From Neophaeotheca triangularis (taxonomy: Eukaryota), in NCBI GenBank assembly GCA_054600435.1, contig BAAIJX010000001.1, positions 682,001 to 746,000 on the forward strand: 64,000 bases of DNA, read 5' to 3'. The position numbers were made by a program, and so were the translations under genes. Each line of letters begins with the position of its first letter. Position 1 is the first letter of the stretch. Below are positions 35,594 through 48,467 of the stretch, piece after piece. The notes under the pieces are model-generated. The model was not told the origin of the DNA. It searched no databases and saw only the letters and a list, made by a program, of their open reading frames with translations.

Positions 35594-37330
35594 TACTAAA
35601 TTTTAGAGCTACGTCTAGAGGTAATAATACCCTCTAGTATAGCCTTACTTTATTAAATAGCTAAGACGAGGCTGAATATAAGTAGGTATTAACTCAATTC
35701 AAGTAGATATGTAATAAAGTAGAGGTCAAACAGCCTCGAGTTATTACTATAGACTATAATAGAGCCTTACTCTATGCTCTAGATACTATTTATAACTAGG
35801 GCACATTGTCTATTGTCTACTACTAGTACATAAACAAGGACGTATTAGCTAATGCGCGTAAGCTTAGTGTTATAGTAGGAGTTGTCTAGTAGGGGAGTGG
35901 CTTCCTACCTAGAGGGGAGAGAGTATATACTTCTAGCTATAGCCTTATATAGATAGTCTATCCATCTTTTACACACTATATATACTGACCTATACTGTTA
36001 TACTATGTCACTTAGAGGCGAATAGAAGTAGTAGCTTAGTATAGAAGGGGGGAATAAGAAGGTCGATTTAGAGTATACTAATAGGTTTATAAAGGCCTAC
36101 TACTATGTCATTAACTTACTAACCGAGGAGGTCTTTAAAGAGCGGTATATAGAGCTAAATGAGAAGTACCCTACTATAGCCGACTACCTAGAGACTAAGT
36201 AGTAGCCGTATAAGTACCTTACTATAGACATATAGACGAATAACCTCTAGCACTTTAGTAAGACTATAACCTCACGCATTAAGGGCCTTTATACTACCCT
36301 AAAGAAGTGGCTTAAGACCTCCCGTAACGACCTCCTTAGCCTCTTTAAGAAGGCCGCCTTATAGTAGTATACTAGCTAACGTAGCTATAAGGTTACGTAG
36401 AATAGTACTAATATGCTAGCTATCCTAACTAATAACTACTAGTTCGAGCCGTGCTACTATATAGTGTATAACTATGTACTTATAAAGGTCCGTTAGGAGC
36501 TTTAAGAGATATAGAAGCTTTACTAATAAGGCTACTTGCTAGGGCATAACTATGCCTATTAATAGTACTAGTGTTAAGAGGTTAAGAGTAAGGTTTTTAG
36601 CTACGCTTACTACTACTAGTTACTCTAAAACCTCTACCTTAGACTATAGATTCTACCTACTAACATCGATCCGCACTAGTAGTTTTAGCCTAATCTTTAC
36701 CCCTAATTCAATATAGTATACGAGTATACTCTATATGCACTAGCAACCTACTAGCTACTAAAGAAATAATAGTAATAGTAATAACGCTTCTAGTTATAGT
36801 TATACTAAAGAGGCTATAGAGCTAGTAGTACTATGCGTAGCGCTACGGCTAGCGAGGTAGTAGATTAGAACTTTATCTATAGAAAGAATAGTATATCTAT
36901 ACTAAGTAAAGTTATTAAGAGTAGCTAGAGCTAGAGCTAAAGAGTACCCCGAGGGGCTAAGGCTAAAGTAAAGTAAGAAGAGGCTATCTAGAAGGCCTTA
37001 TAGGAGTAGTTAGAGAAATACTAAAGGGATATAGCTTAGGCCCGTCTTAAATAATAGGAGTAGTAGATCTACTACTAAGAGGAATAACTTAACCTCTAAA
37101 GGGTCCTCCTTATATAGAGTAGTAACTATACCTAGCCACTTCTATAACGACCGTTCATACTACCTCTAGCTCGTTAACTACTCCTACCTCTAGCTCGCTA
37201 ACTACTCTAAGACCTCTAATAACTAGCTTATAACTGTTATTTACCTCCTCTTACTTAGTAATCTAGACTACCTTCTATAATACCTACTACCTAGTACTAA
37301 TACTAGTAGTAACTAGCCTACTAATAGGGC
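35594..37330 (+). pseudogene. MULE transposase, C-terminal part, RIP-mutated (3' end approximate)
   Basis: Frame continues LLNFG... De-RIPed motifs VIATDxDxALLHAL, CxWHMNKDV, HFGETATSRVEGLHATLKKWL and DIDPHW are typical of fungal MULE transposases. Confidence 0.85.
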
Positions 37331-37484
37331 CTAAACCCTTCTTAGATAGGTATAGAAAGAGTATAGAAGCTATTAAGAGGTTATGACTAGGCTAGACACT
37401 ATAGTAACTAATAGTAGGGTAATAAGGTAGCTAGTTATAGCCATGATAAGGTAGCTATCTATAGCTATAACTAAGAGCATATCT

Positions 37485-37592
37485 ATAGCTATGACTAGGA
37501 GTAGGAGTATAGCTATAACTAGGAGTAGGAGTATAGCTATAACTAGGAGTAGGAGTATAGCTATAACTAGGAGTCGGAGTATAGCTAGGAGT
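37485..37592. repeat. 24-bp tandem repeat (~4 copies) in the MULE 3' region
   Basis: CTAGGAGTAGGAGTATAGCTATAA repeated. Confidence 0.9.
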
Positions 37593-37992
37593 ATATATGT
37601 ATATATGTGTAGTTCCTAACAAAAGAGCACTTCATAAGCTGAAATGTAAGGGTACAAATTGCTACCCCTCCTAGGCTAGCATTTCATCACTAGACATAGT
37701 ATACACATAAATAGACCTAGGCTTAATAGGTATAGGTGAGGAGAAGGGCCTCATGTAGTTAGTTCAGCTATAGGTAGTGTATTGCTAATGTAGTAGAGGC
37801 AATTCAATTGCTTTTCATAGTGGTGCATTTTACTGATGAATTTCAGAAGGTAGAGGCAGTGTGCCTTAGGCATAGTGTCTTAGGCCTTAGGCATGAATTC
37901 ACAGCTGTATAGACTAGCGGTACCCTCGCTCTCACTAGTGGCATGACTTCCTAATTAGGCAATGGCAATGACATAGTGTGCGACATGGTATA

Positions 37993-38111
37993 GCGCCCGC
38001 CTTGGCGGGACCGACATCGCAAAGCTCTCCCAATTTTGGTGGGTCGGTGGACCCCCGGCCCGCTCCGAGGGGGTGACTCGATCGCAGGTGGGAGAGTGAT
38101 TAGAATTTCCC
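37993..38111 (-). repeat. Right TIR of MULE element
   Basis: Ends GTGATTAGAATTTCCC and is followed directly by the TSD CAGTAAGTA. Confidence 0.95.
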
Positions 38112-38315
38112 CAGTAAGTACCGGTAATAATAATAATGGAAGTCCACCCGCTTATCTTAACATCAATACATATCAATATCAATATCAATATCAACACGTG
38201 ACCCAGTTCAATAATGCTATGTCTATACGTCTTTGGTTACAATTCCACATGTACAACAGGGGTATCTCGTTTTATACGTCTCCCACTCCACACTGAACAC
38301 GCACATAACGCATCA

Positions 38316-39779
38316 TCAGACAGCACCGTCGCCTTTCGGCTCCGACGTTTCCTGTCCTGCTTCCTCCTCCGCCGAGTTGTCAGCAGCAGCCAGACCATCC
38401 CCTTTCTCCCTCTCACCACTACCACCACTACCACCCGTCCGATCAACCCATCCACTCTCCCCAACAATCTCCACCAGCCAATCCCGCGCCGAAGTCACCA
38501 TACCGTGGTACCCGGGATTCCGCTTGGGATCAAACATGCTCGTATGAGCTTTCAACTCATCCGCCGCCGCCTCATTCACACACTTGACCCAATGCCCCTT
38601 GCTCTTACTAGCATCATCTGCAAACTCTGCAACTTGCTCTCCCTGCGACATCTCCGCTTCCATCCCCTCCGCATCCGGCACTGACGACGACTTTCTCCGC
38701 TTGCGAGGTTGATCCCCCTTCGCGGAAGCGGAAGACGAGCGTTTCGAGCCCGTGGGGCTGGAAGAAGAAGAAGACGAAGAAGAAGAAGCCCTAGGCACGA
38801 CGACAAAAGTGCGCTCCGCCCCTGCCACAGCACCCGCATACTTGCTCGCGTCCGTAGTCTTCTTATCCAATGCGCCGTAGAAATTCGCAAATCCCACGCC
38901 ATGGCTCTTCCTCAGCGCCACAACCTTCTCCACCCGTTTCTGCAACTCCGCTCCCCGTGCCAAGCATCCCACAAACTCCAAATGACTGCCCGCCCATTTC
39001 ATGCCGTTGCCGATCTGGTTCCAGTTCATGTACGCAGCCCCACCGGCCGCTGCCAACGCCGCCGCCGCCCCGCCATACATTGCAAACTTTCCCCAACCAC
39101 CTCTGCCCCCCGTCGAGCCATCCGCAGCCGGCAGTCCCTTGGCCGAAGCGCCGGGCCCTTGCCGAGCCGACGCAGACGAAGCCCCCCCTTTCCCACCAAA
39201 AATGTTCGTAGCATTAGTGTAAGCCTTGTAAGCCGACGACGCCGTATTAAGATGCTCCTCAGCACCATGCGCCAGCACGCCGGGACTAATACCCAAAAAC
39301 GGCGTATCGAAAGCCAGCACGGCCTGAATACGGGGAAAAAACAGCGCACTCAACCCGCCAGACCGCGTCTGCTTCTCCGAAGGAAGCGACGACACACCCG
39401 CCTCGTTGACAGGTTCCCGCCCCTCGCGCCCAATAACCTCCTCCCCCACCACCCCGAGCAAACTCTCCGCCGCCACGATGCCCCCCATCGAATGCCCCAC
39501 CAACACAACTCGCACTCCCGGCTCGACGCTCGGGCTCGCCGTCCCGTTCTCCACTTCCAAGTCCACGACTTTGTTGACCAGCCATTCGCGGAACCGCTCG
39601 ACGCAGTCGCGCAAATCGCCGCGCGTTTCGTATTGCGGGTACTGGAGGTTTTGGACTTGGATGGAGGGCGGGAGGGAGTGGGTGAGCAGGGAGCGCAGGT
39701 CCGAGGGCAGGGCGGAGAAGGTGTCGTCGCTGCCTTTGAAGCCGTGGATGTAGATCAGGAGCAGGGTTTGCTTGGGCAT
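38316..39779 (-). CDS. Alpha/beta-hydrolase (DUF676/PGAP1-like putative lipase/serine esterase), 487 aa, single exon
   Basis: IYIHGFKG, nucleophile elbow GHSMGG, AFDTPFLG, late AHTSMF. Confidence 0.85.
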   Translation of the reverse strand: MPKQTLLLIYIHGFKGSDDTFSALPSDLRSLLTHSLPPSIQVQNLQYPQYETRGDLRDCVERFREWLVNKVVDLEVENGTASPSVEPGVRVVLVGHSMGGIVAAESLLGVVGEEVIGREGREPVNEAGVSSLPSEKQTRSGGLSALFFPRIQAVLAFDTPFLGISPGVLAHGAEEHLNTASSAYKAYTNATNIFGGKGGASSASARQGPGASAKGLPAADGSTGGRGGWGKFAMYGGAAAALAAAGGAAYMNWNQIGNGMKWAGSHLEFVGCLARGAELQKRVEKVVALRKSHGVGFANFYGALDKKTTDASKYAGAVAGAERTFVVVPRASSSSSSSSSSPTGSKRSSSASAKGDQPRKRRKSSSVPDAEGMEAEMSQGEQVAEFADDASKSKGHWVKCVNEAAADELKAHTSMFDPKRNPGYHGMVTSARDWLVEIVGESGWVDRTGGSGGSGEREKGDGLAAADNSAEEEAGQETSEPKGDGAV

Positions 39780-40408
39780 TGTTACTGCTTGCTACTAGTG
39801 GGGTTGGGGTTGGCGCGGTTTGATGGTTGTTGGGGGGTGCGAGAGCGGGTGCTCGGGTTGGAGCGGCGGCGTTTTTGGAGAGGTTTGGTTTACATGGTTG
39901 GGGGTTCGTGTTCGATTGGCGCGCATTTGCTGCTGGAGGTTGTAGAACGCGAAGGCGCGATGACGTAGTTGCTGGACTCGAGCAACACCTCAGGGCATGC
40001 GCAAGTGGCACGCCTACCTACATAGTGCCTTAGTACTAGGAGGTAGTAGCCAGTCACTTGCATTGAACATGATGGACCCTCGTGATGTGTGTCCTGAGCA
40101 CATTCCAACCGCTGGATTCATTGTCGAAGAGCGCGCGTCCGTCGGAAGTAGCTTTGTTCTAACTGTCCATGTCTTCCCACACGCCACCATGGCTCTAAAT
40201 GTGTACTTAGAGAGGATGTTATAAAGCAATATCAATGAGTAGGGTATCTACAACGAACGGGAAGTTGACCATTGGCAATAGAAGCAAGCAAGCAATCGAT
40301 TCCACATTTTACCCCCTCTTTTCCGCCTCAACCCGAGGGAAAAGAAAACACACCGCGAACTCCAGCCCGAAATCACCTCCCACAAGCCCCTCCGTGCCAA
40401 CCAGCATC

Positions 40409-43308
40409 TCACGCCTCAAACCCACCAGCAACCCCCGGAGCCGGCCCCTCCAAATCCACCCTCCCAACTCTGCTGCTGATATCGTTACTCTCCCTTACCA
40501 AATTGCCAAAAAACTTGCGCGCAACCTCGCTCTCCGTCTGCACTTTGACAGTCTCACGCTTCCGCTCCTGCAAGTGCTCGACGCTGCGCTGCAAGCCCTC
40601 ACGCAGTTTGTCGGCCGGGTATTTGAGAGCGCGTCGCACTTCCGAGGAGATGCGGAGCGAATTTGTGTGCGTGTAGTCGAGGGCGGAGAGCTGGGCGGAG
40701 AGTTTGGCGGAGAGCCGTTTGGGTAGGGATGTGGGGATTTGTTGGAGGGTGTAGGAGATTGCGAGCGCGGCTGAAAATGAGGTCAGTTTTTGGGGTGTGA
40801 TGGGGGAGGGCGTGTGTTGTGGGGAAGTTGCTTACCTGCTAAGAAGAGTCCGGGTAAGAAGACTCTTCTCAGGTTGTTGGTGCCGACGAGCTTGGTCGCG
40901 GTCAGGGCACCGTCGATCCAACCCACGCCTCCGAGCATTCTGCCACCGACGACGCCGGCCACTGTCACCGCCATGCTTGTGCCTGCGACTTTCTCCTGTC
41001 TTTCCCAGATGTTTGCGAGATCGAAGAAGTCTGTCAGTTCCGGCTCAAAATCCACCTGTCGTGCCAGCGCGTCTCTCTTGCTCCTGAACATCTTTTCCGA
41101 TCTGAAGGTGAGGTCGACGTATTGATCGCCAAGGTGTAGCAAGCCCAGTGATTTGATGCCCGACACTCCCTCGATTGTTTTCTGTCTGCCGTACTCCTCG
41201 CATTGTCTGACATTCTGGGTGATTTGGTCGAGCATGGCCGCTTTAAGGTCGTCTGCAAAAGCGTATGCGCTGAACAAACCAGGGTATTCTACTCCAAGAT
41301 CGCTCGCTGCGACTTGCGATATCGAAGTGTTGAGAGTGGTGCGGGTGTGGTTGTAGACGTCCTGCGAGGTTTCCTCGATGGTGTTTGCCACGCCTTCGTC
41401 GGCTTCTATTCGCGACTTCTTTGACTCTTCGAACACTGGCTCCAGAGCCTGCAACTCTCTCGTCACTCTATCGAGCTCGTTTTGGGCTACGTCTCTGTTC
41501 ACATTCGCCAGACTGTTGAGATCGCCAAGGACGTTCATGAGGTAGGTCTTTGCCGGCGCAAGCTTGGAACGAGCGCGCTTTTCGAGCACGAAGCGTCGTA
41601 GCGATGCTTCCAACTCGTTGAAATCATCCTCCTTTTCCTTTTGCTTGCCCTTGCCCTTGCCCGGGGGTGAGCCAGGCTCGCCGTGCTTTCCTGTGGGCTC
41701 GTCGTCGTCGCCATCCTTGTCGGGGAAACTGTTGTCGAAACCTGAAGATCCAGAACCTGAGCCGGAGTCGCCGGGAGGACCACCAGGCCCACCATCGCCG
41801 GGTGGGGCTACCGGAATCGCATTGCTCGAGACGAAATGAACCAACTCTGAAGATTCCTTGAAAGTAGCTGGGCTGAGGTGGCCAATCTGCTTCAGTATCA
41901 TTTCTTGACAGCGCTTCTTATCCCTAATGTTGTCGTAGCCATTGACGACCATAAACATGTAGGCTTTCTCTCGCGCGGCGTTGAAGATGAATTCCTTCGC
42001 AGAAAGCGTAAAGTGGTTTGCCGCAGAAACAACGAATACTACCACATCAATTTCTTCTTGTCGAGCGAAGAGGGCTGTTGTCTTCAAAGAATCGTTGTTC
42101 AGGCCGGGTGCGTCGATGAGCGCAATGTCGACAACTCCGTTGTTGAGTAAAGATTGATCCACGCTGCGAATGTCTTTGATGTAGATTTTGCATTGAGACC
42201 ATCTGTCGCCGTCAATCACGATGTCCTCGAGCTGTTTGAGAGCGAACACGGAGTAGGTGCTCTCATCATTGCGGCTATAGGTGGTGCCGTGGGGTATGGC
42301 GTGCACCTCTTCCACACCTCCATTTTCTCGAACATCCAGCACCTCGCAGAAGATGCTCGTGCATGGTTGTTGGTCTTCAGGCAGAACTTTCCTTCGTAGC
42401 AGTGCGTTGCAAAAGGTCGACTTTCCGGCATTCAAATCGCCCGTCACCAAGACTTTGCTGGAGGTGTCTTCGATCCGGTCCCGTATCGAGAACAAATGTC
42501 GTATGCTCTTGTTGATCTGGTTGTCGAGGAGGGAAGCAACCGACTGCTTTTCTAGCGAATGCACAATCTCAGACTGCGCAATACCCTCCATCTTGAGTTC
42601 TATCTTGAGCACCGAAAACTGTTGCGCGAGCTGGGGTGTCATGAGGCGAGGCTCTGCTGCCGGTGCTCGTGCCACCGCATCACTACTCGACTCTGCATCT
42701 GCCGAATGTGTCTCTCCCAGAGATGTGCCTGCTCTTTGCGGTGCTTTAGGTCTTGCAGGAGGATCGACCCTCTGACTCTCGCGGTGGTTGTCCATGGTTG
42801 ATTGTGTATGGTGTAGGCCAGGTCTCGGCTCGTTCCTCAAAGGCGCGTGGGCGGGCGGTGGCGGCCGTTGCACTGTAGGGTAGTGCGCCGGCCACTTTCC
42901 GTTCATTTCCTGCAGTCTCTTCATGGTCTCTACAGTCTGATTGATTGCGCGCCCAAGAGCAGTCTTGTTCTGGTTGTAGAACAATTGATGCACATGGCTC
43001 GCCAATGCCCTCCTTTCATGCTCCGACGTGACGTTTCCTTGCCCATCTCGTCCTGGTGTACTATCAGGTGTGAAGCGATCTTGCGGCGGGCCCGGATGCC
43101 ACGCATTCTCTCCCATCGCTTCCCCAGTTTCACTCCCGCCGTACCCTGAGTCCGCATCCAAAATTGCCTGCAGACGTGATGCGCTTTCCGAAGTCGAGCC
43201 AGTTCCCACGGTCATATAACCAGTTCTTCCAGGTGTTTGTCGATCGCGGGACGAACTTGTACCGCTTGACGAAGAAAACTCGTCGGCAAAAGGGTTATTG
43301 GAAGACAT
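40409..43308 (-). CDS. FZO1: Mitofusin, mitochondrial fusion GTPase (exons 43308-40836, 40770-40409)
   Basis: GDLNAGKST P-loop, LPEDQQPCT, DAPG, C-terminal TM and coiled coil. GTAAGC...CTGAC...CAG intron joins the two ORFs. Confidence 0.95.
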
Positions 43309-43772
43309 GTTGTTGGTTGTCTGATTAAGCTCCGCACATGTCCTTGAAAGGAAGAGGTCGACGTCTTCTCAGGTTTGTAAAGTTCGGTTGCACAGGGAGG
43401 CGACTTTGGTGGTGTCACAGAGGAGAGGCGATGATGGATGGTACTCCTAGGGCTAACCTGACTTTCGGATCTTCGCTTAGATCCGGAAGGTGCTAGCGCG
43501 AGACGTGAGGTGTAGGTGGGCTCGCTTCTTGACGACTGCCTTGCATGTGCAGCGCTATCTGATTCACTTCCCTTCTTCCATTCGCTACTTGCCATCGATG
43601 GCAGGCCACAACCTTTGACTGAAACGAATCAAAGCAGCCTGGAGTTCCTCGCTATTTGACGGCTCTGTATACGGACTGGGACATTCTAAAAGAGACAGCG
43701 ACGGCTCCGTGACACCGCGAACGTGGACATAAGCTAGCATTCCAACAGCCGTTGCTCGAGCAGCTGGCAACC

Positions 43773-44624
43773 ATGAATGTATGCGCCATGCGATCGTACT
43801 GCGACTCTGGGCAATCTAACATCATCAAAAGGTCATCGAATGGGCGTTCGGAAAGCGCATGACGCCGGCCGAGCGATTGCGGAAACATCAGAGAGCTCTT
43901 GAGAAGACCCAACGCGAACTCGATCGCGAACGGACGAAGCTCGAAAATCAGGAGAAGAAGCTCGTGCAGGACATCAAAAAGAATGCAAAGAATGGACAGA
44001 TGGGCGCTGTCAAGGTGCAGGCCAAGGATCTGGTGAGGACGAGGCGGTATATACAGAAGTTCTATCAAATGCGGACGCAGCTGCAGGCTATCTCGCTACG
44101 GATACAGGTAGGACTGCTAGCTTTGATGATTGGAAGGCATGTTATACTGACCTTGAGAAGACTGTCAGAAGTAACGAGCAAATGATGCAGAGCATGAAGG
44201 GCGCGACCGGGCTACTTGGCAGCATGAACAAACAGATGAACTTGCCAGCGTTGCAGCGCATAGCCATGGAATTCGAGAAGGAGAACGATATCATGGATCA
44301 ACGACAGGAGATGATGGACGACGCTATCGACGACGTGACTGGACTGGAGGACGAAGAGGAAGGGGAGGAGGTGGTCAACCAAGTACTCGACGAAATCGGA
44401 GTTGATCTCAACCAATCGGTAAGTGAATCATGAGCCTTCAAGGACAAGCTCCACGCGAACATCACTGACTTTCGTTGTAGCTTGGAGAGACACCGCAAGG
44501 TTTGCAGAGCACTGCAGAGCCCAATGCAAAGGTCGCTCAGGCTGTCGGTGGTGGTAGCGGTGGCGGCGGCGGTGATCCTGGAGACGATGATCTTCAAGCC
44601 AGACTTGATAGCTTACGAAAGTGA
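43773..44624 (+). CDS. VPS2: ESCRT-III subunit Vps2/Did4 (CHMP2) (exons 43773-43778, 43832-44107, 44161-44418, 44481-44624)
   Basis: WAFGKRMTPAERLRKHQRAL...AKDLVRTR; C-terminal DDLQARLDSLRK; canonical GT-AG introns. Confidence 0.95.
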
Positions 44625-45859
44625 CGATGTGCGTGTTATGATATACCATAGTTTTGCGAACACGGCAAGCAATGCCCTTGAAACATTAGCAGCTTTCCTC
44701 TTTCGAAGTCGCCGTTTGCTGGTTTTGATACTCTTGTCATTTCAGTTTGATTGTCTGATCCCGAACTATAGGTACACCTCCTATGCCCGTGTAACTGATG
44801 CTGTCTTGGCGCCGTCCGCATCTGGCAAGAGGCGGGGCACGCGTTCTGGACCTCGACCTTGGGAAAGGACAACACGTGCTTCACTCTGATTTCCAAGGTT
44901 CCCACCTTAATAGCATATGATAGCCGAAGGCGCATAGAAGCCATGAAATAGCGGAACAACAGACAGTCACGCAAACCTCGAAGAATTCACCCCTTGTCTT
45001 GTACTACACAAGGTCTATCGGCGAGATACCCGACCTCACCTTTACCGCAAACGTACCAGCACCAGTACCAGTACCAGGACTACCTACTAGTAACTAGTAC
45101 GTCAGCGCAAAGTCGCAATCCCTGCCGAAACAGAGAGGCCCCGCGACCCAGCAATCGACTCGAGTCTCCTCTCGTCACCTCCAGGCCTGTTGTTGCTCCA
45201 TCACCACCTGCACTCCTGCGCCCACGAGACGCACGACACCATATCGCCGCCGTGACCGCGCCCGCGCCCGTAACTCTTCGACATTCCCCCAAGTGCCCCC
45301 TACCTCGGTGTCATCCTCGCCTACCACCGACACAGCGCTTTCGTCGGCGGCTTCGCCATCACCTGCACAGAGCCAGTCGAGTCCTACCTCACCTTGCCTC
45401 AACATACCGCAAGCTGCACCTCTACTTCAACTTCACCTGAGGCTCTCCTGCACAAAAAGTTGGACTCTTAGGTCGCGCGATTCAGTCCCCTTCATACATT
45501 CCGTTGCAGCTGCAAGAAGCAAGAACAACATCTGCCAAACACCGCAAACTCACTGTCAAGGGGCTCTACTTGCTGTTGAGCGGTCACGGCTTTGTGTGCC
45601 TTGTCACTTTAACGTTTCCTTTGCTGTAAGCCTGCCTTCCCTTGAAATACCACCAAAGCACGGTAGCAGCTGCTTCTTCCAATAATGCCATTTTAAGAGC
45701 TTCTTAGCCTGTTCAAGATAGCTAACGCTTCCGCAACCAGTCCGACGTTCGACGGCCCCACGTTTTCTCTCTTCAGAGAAGCGCAGACCCGACTGAACGT
45801 AGACAAATTCATATTAGCGTAAGAGAATCAGGAGCGTCAAAAGCTCAGTAGGCAATTTG

Positions 45860-47724
45860 ATGAGCGGAACAACCACCACGAAGCCGAAGCACCCTAACAA
45901 CCTGGCCGACAGTAAAAGAAGGAGCTTCTCCAGCCAAGGAGGCTTGCTTAACAGGATGTTTGGAAGCTCAAGTAACGGCAATGGCAAGGACACCGGCAAG
46001 CCCATAACAGATGGCGTCAACAACCCTCCGAGCCCCAACGCCACAAACCACGTCTCGCCCCCAAGCGAAGAGGGCAAACGCGATTCCGAAGTTCGCAGTC
46101 CGACGCGCAGGTCCACTCAGGAAGACCCAACGGCGCCGGGAGATAAAAAGAGAAGAAGTAGCGGGGTCGCCAAAGCACGCGATATCTTCAGCAATGCGAG
46201 ACAGAGTTTTCACAATTTGGGGAGCTCCCCAGAGCACAAGTCCACGGAGAAGACCCCGCAGACTCCTCTCCAGAAGCTAGGCAAGACAGACCCAGCACTT
46301 AGTGTGCCGCAAGGTGCTCTCAACAACTCTGCTGGCGAGTCTTCTCCAGGACCGCGCTCAACTTTCCGCGTTGGCGTCACAGAAGACAAGAACAAGAAAT
46401 GTCGCCGTACTATGGAAGACACGCATTCCTACCTGTACAACTTCTTGAGCACCCCCGCTCCGGCCCTGGGCAACGAAAGTGCCAAAACGCGCGGTTCGCT
46501 TGTCGAGTCTTCGAACTCTCAGCTTTCCCAGGCTAGTAGTCAGGATGTTGTGGAGACGGACAATGGCTACTTTGCAATCTTCGACGGCCACGCTGGAACT
46601 TTTGCGGCGGATTGGTGTGGGAAGAAAGTGCATATCTTGCTGGAAGACATCATACGGAAGCACCCCAACACGCCTATCCCTGAGCTTCTCGACATGACGT
46701 TTACTTCGGTCGACCAGCAGCTCGAAAAGCTTCCCCTCAAGAACAGCGGATGCACTGCAGTCATCGCTGTTTTGCGCTGGGAGGACAGAATACCAAACTC
46801 CAACTCCGCCACCGGCTCCACCGCAATCGCACCAGCCGCAGCCGCAGCCGCCAAGCAAGATGCAAAGGAATCGAACAGTGATGTGTCCCCGGCGCCAAGC
46901 TCCCAGTCTGAAGAAAAGCTCAGAGCTGCTGCTTCTCGTCAACGCGTGCTGTACACCGCAAATGTTGGCGATGCTCGTATTGTGCTTTGTCGCAACGGCA
47001 AGGCGCTGCGTTTGTCGTATGACCACAAAGGCAGTGATGAGAACGAGGGCAAGCGTATTGCGGGAGCCGGTGGTCTGATCCTCAACAACCGTGTTAATGG
47101 CGTTTTGGCTGTAACTCGTGCGCTTGGAGACGCTTACATGAAGGACCTTGTAACTGGACATCCCTACACCACCGAGACCGTGGTACAGCCGGACATTGAT
47201 GAGTTCTTGATCTTGGCCTGCGATGGTGTAAGTATTTTGAGCAGCATATTTCAAACATCTCTAGAAGAGGCTAACATGAAGCACAGCTCTGGGATGTCTG
47301 TTCCGACCAAGAAGCTGTCGACCTGATCCGCGGTACGCAAGATCCTCAAGCTGCCAGCAAAATCCTCGTCGATCACGCTCTCGCCCGCTTCTCCACGGAC
47401 AATCTATCCTGCATGGTCATCCGCTTCGACAGCAAAGCCGTCCAACAAACCGTCGAGAGCCGAGTAGAGCCCATCGGCGTTGAAGGAGACGCAGCCTCGA
47501 AACAAGGCGGTGTCACCGAGGCCGAAGCCATCGTAGCCGAAAACGCCAAGCGCTTGGACGAGACTGGCGAGCTGGCCGACAAAGGAATCCCAGCTGAGCA
47601 GCTTTTGGAACCCCACGAGCAGACCGAGGGACATACAGACGACCCTGGGCCGGAGCTGAATGCGGAAGCTGTGCAGGCTGCAAGGAAGGACGTGAAGCCC
47701 ACGCCCGACCAACCTCAGGGATGA
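45860..47724 (+). CDS. PTC1: Type 2C protein phosphatase (exons 45860-47227, 47287-47724; alternative start 45956)
   Basis: [55 protein letters not shown]. Confidence 0.93.
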
Positions 47725-48467
47725 TGCGGTGCGGGTATGCACTGGAAAGACAACATGGTAAAGAAGTCGAGTCAAGCCGTAGTCTTTGCTTTATCATGGT
47801 GAAGCTCGCGGCTCTTGTGTAGAGACTGATGATGAGATGGAACGATGGCACGACGGGTTTTTATGCGCGGCGGCAACATGGGGAATTACTGGGGTGCGCC
47901 GCTTGAGCAGAGCCGAGCGGTGGGACGCTCGCGTGGTGATTACTGTCTAGAAGGCAGGCTCAGTCGCTAGAACGACAGACGGATTATGTACCTGAAAGCG
48001 ATTGCTTCTTCAAGATTTGGACCGGGAAATTGCCAAGTGATTTCTTCGCAAGTGTCTGTAGGAGGTGAAGTTGCCATTTCACGTGCCGATGTCACCGATG
48101 TGGCTACATATATAGGAGGTATGTATGACCTCGGGATGTACCAGTACCAGTACAACCAGGTACTGTATGTACCGTATGGGTCAGTGGTCACTGCACTGCC
48201 GTGCATTATTGACCCCCCCACAATCTGCCCCGCTGTCTCCCGAACGTCGGAAAGTACTTAGTGCAGGTGGACACCTCCCGGGCGAGCCGGGCTCACCTGG
48301 CAGTGGAGGTTGCAGCCCGCAGGCGTCCAAGCATCGTCATACGACCGAATTTCAACAGCGGCTACCTAGGTTAGGTAGAGGTTACTACTTTCGCCCAACC
48401 CCCCTCCCAGAATACCAGAACTCAATGCATCTGTGCCGACGGTGGGGGAAGAAGAGAAGCCACAGCG

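Larger units (their letters stand above)
13..38111 (+). mobile_element. Mutator/MULE DNA transposon, RIP-inactivated; ~3.6 kb native (13-1114 + 35594-38111), expanded to 38.1 kb by nested insertions
   Basis: ~118-bp imperfect terminal inverted repeats starting GGGAAATTCTAATCAC (13-130 and 37993-38111). Identical 9-bp flanking duplication CAGTAAGTA at 4-12 and 38112-38120. Internal MULE transposase motifs. Confidence 0.95.

Noticed and set aside
13..38111. Starship-type giant element
   Set aside because: No tyrosine-recombinase captain or host-like cargo is recognisable. The size is fully explained by nested TEs inside a MULE with TIRs and a 9-bp TSD.
38709..39968. Long antisense/overlapping ORFs (419 aa here; also 46358-47254 and 59321-60196)
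   Set aside because: They are shadow frames of GC-rich real genes, with no recognisable motifs.
45293..45685. GTG-initiated Ser/Pro-rich ORF as an N-terminal extension of PTC1
   Set aside because: After the putative intron it is out of frame with PTC1 and stops at ~45850.
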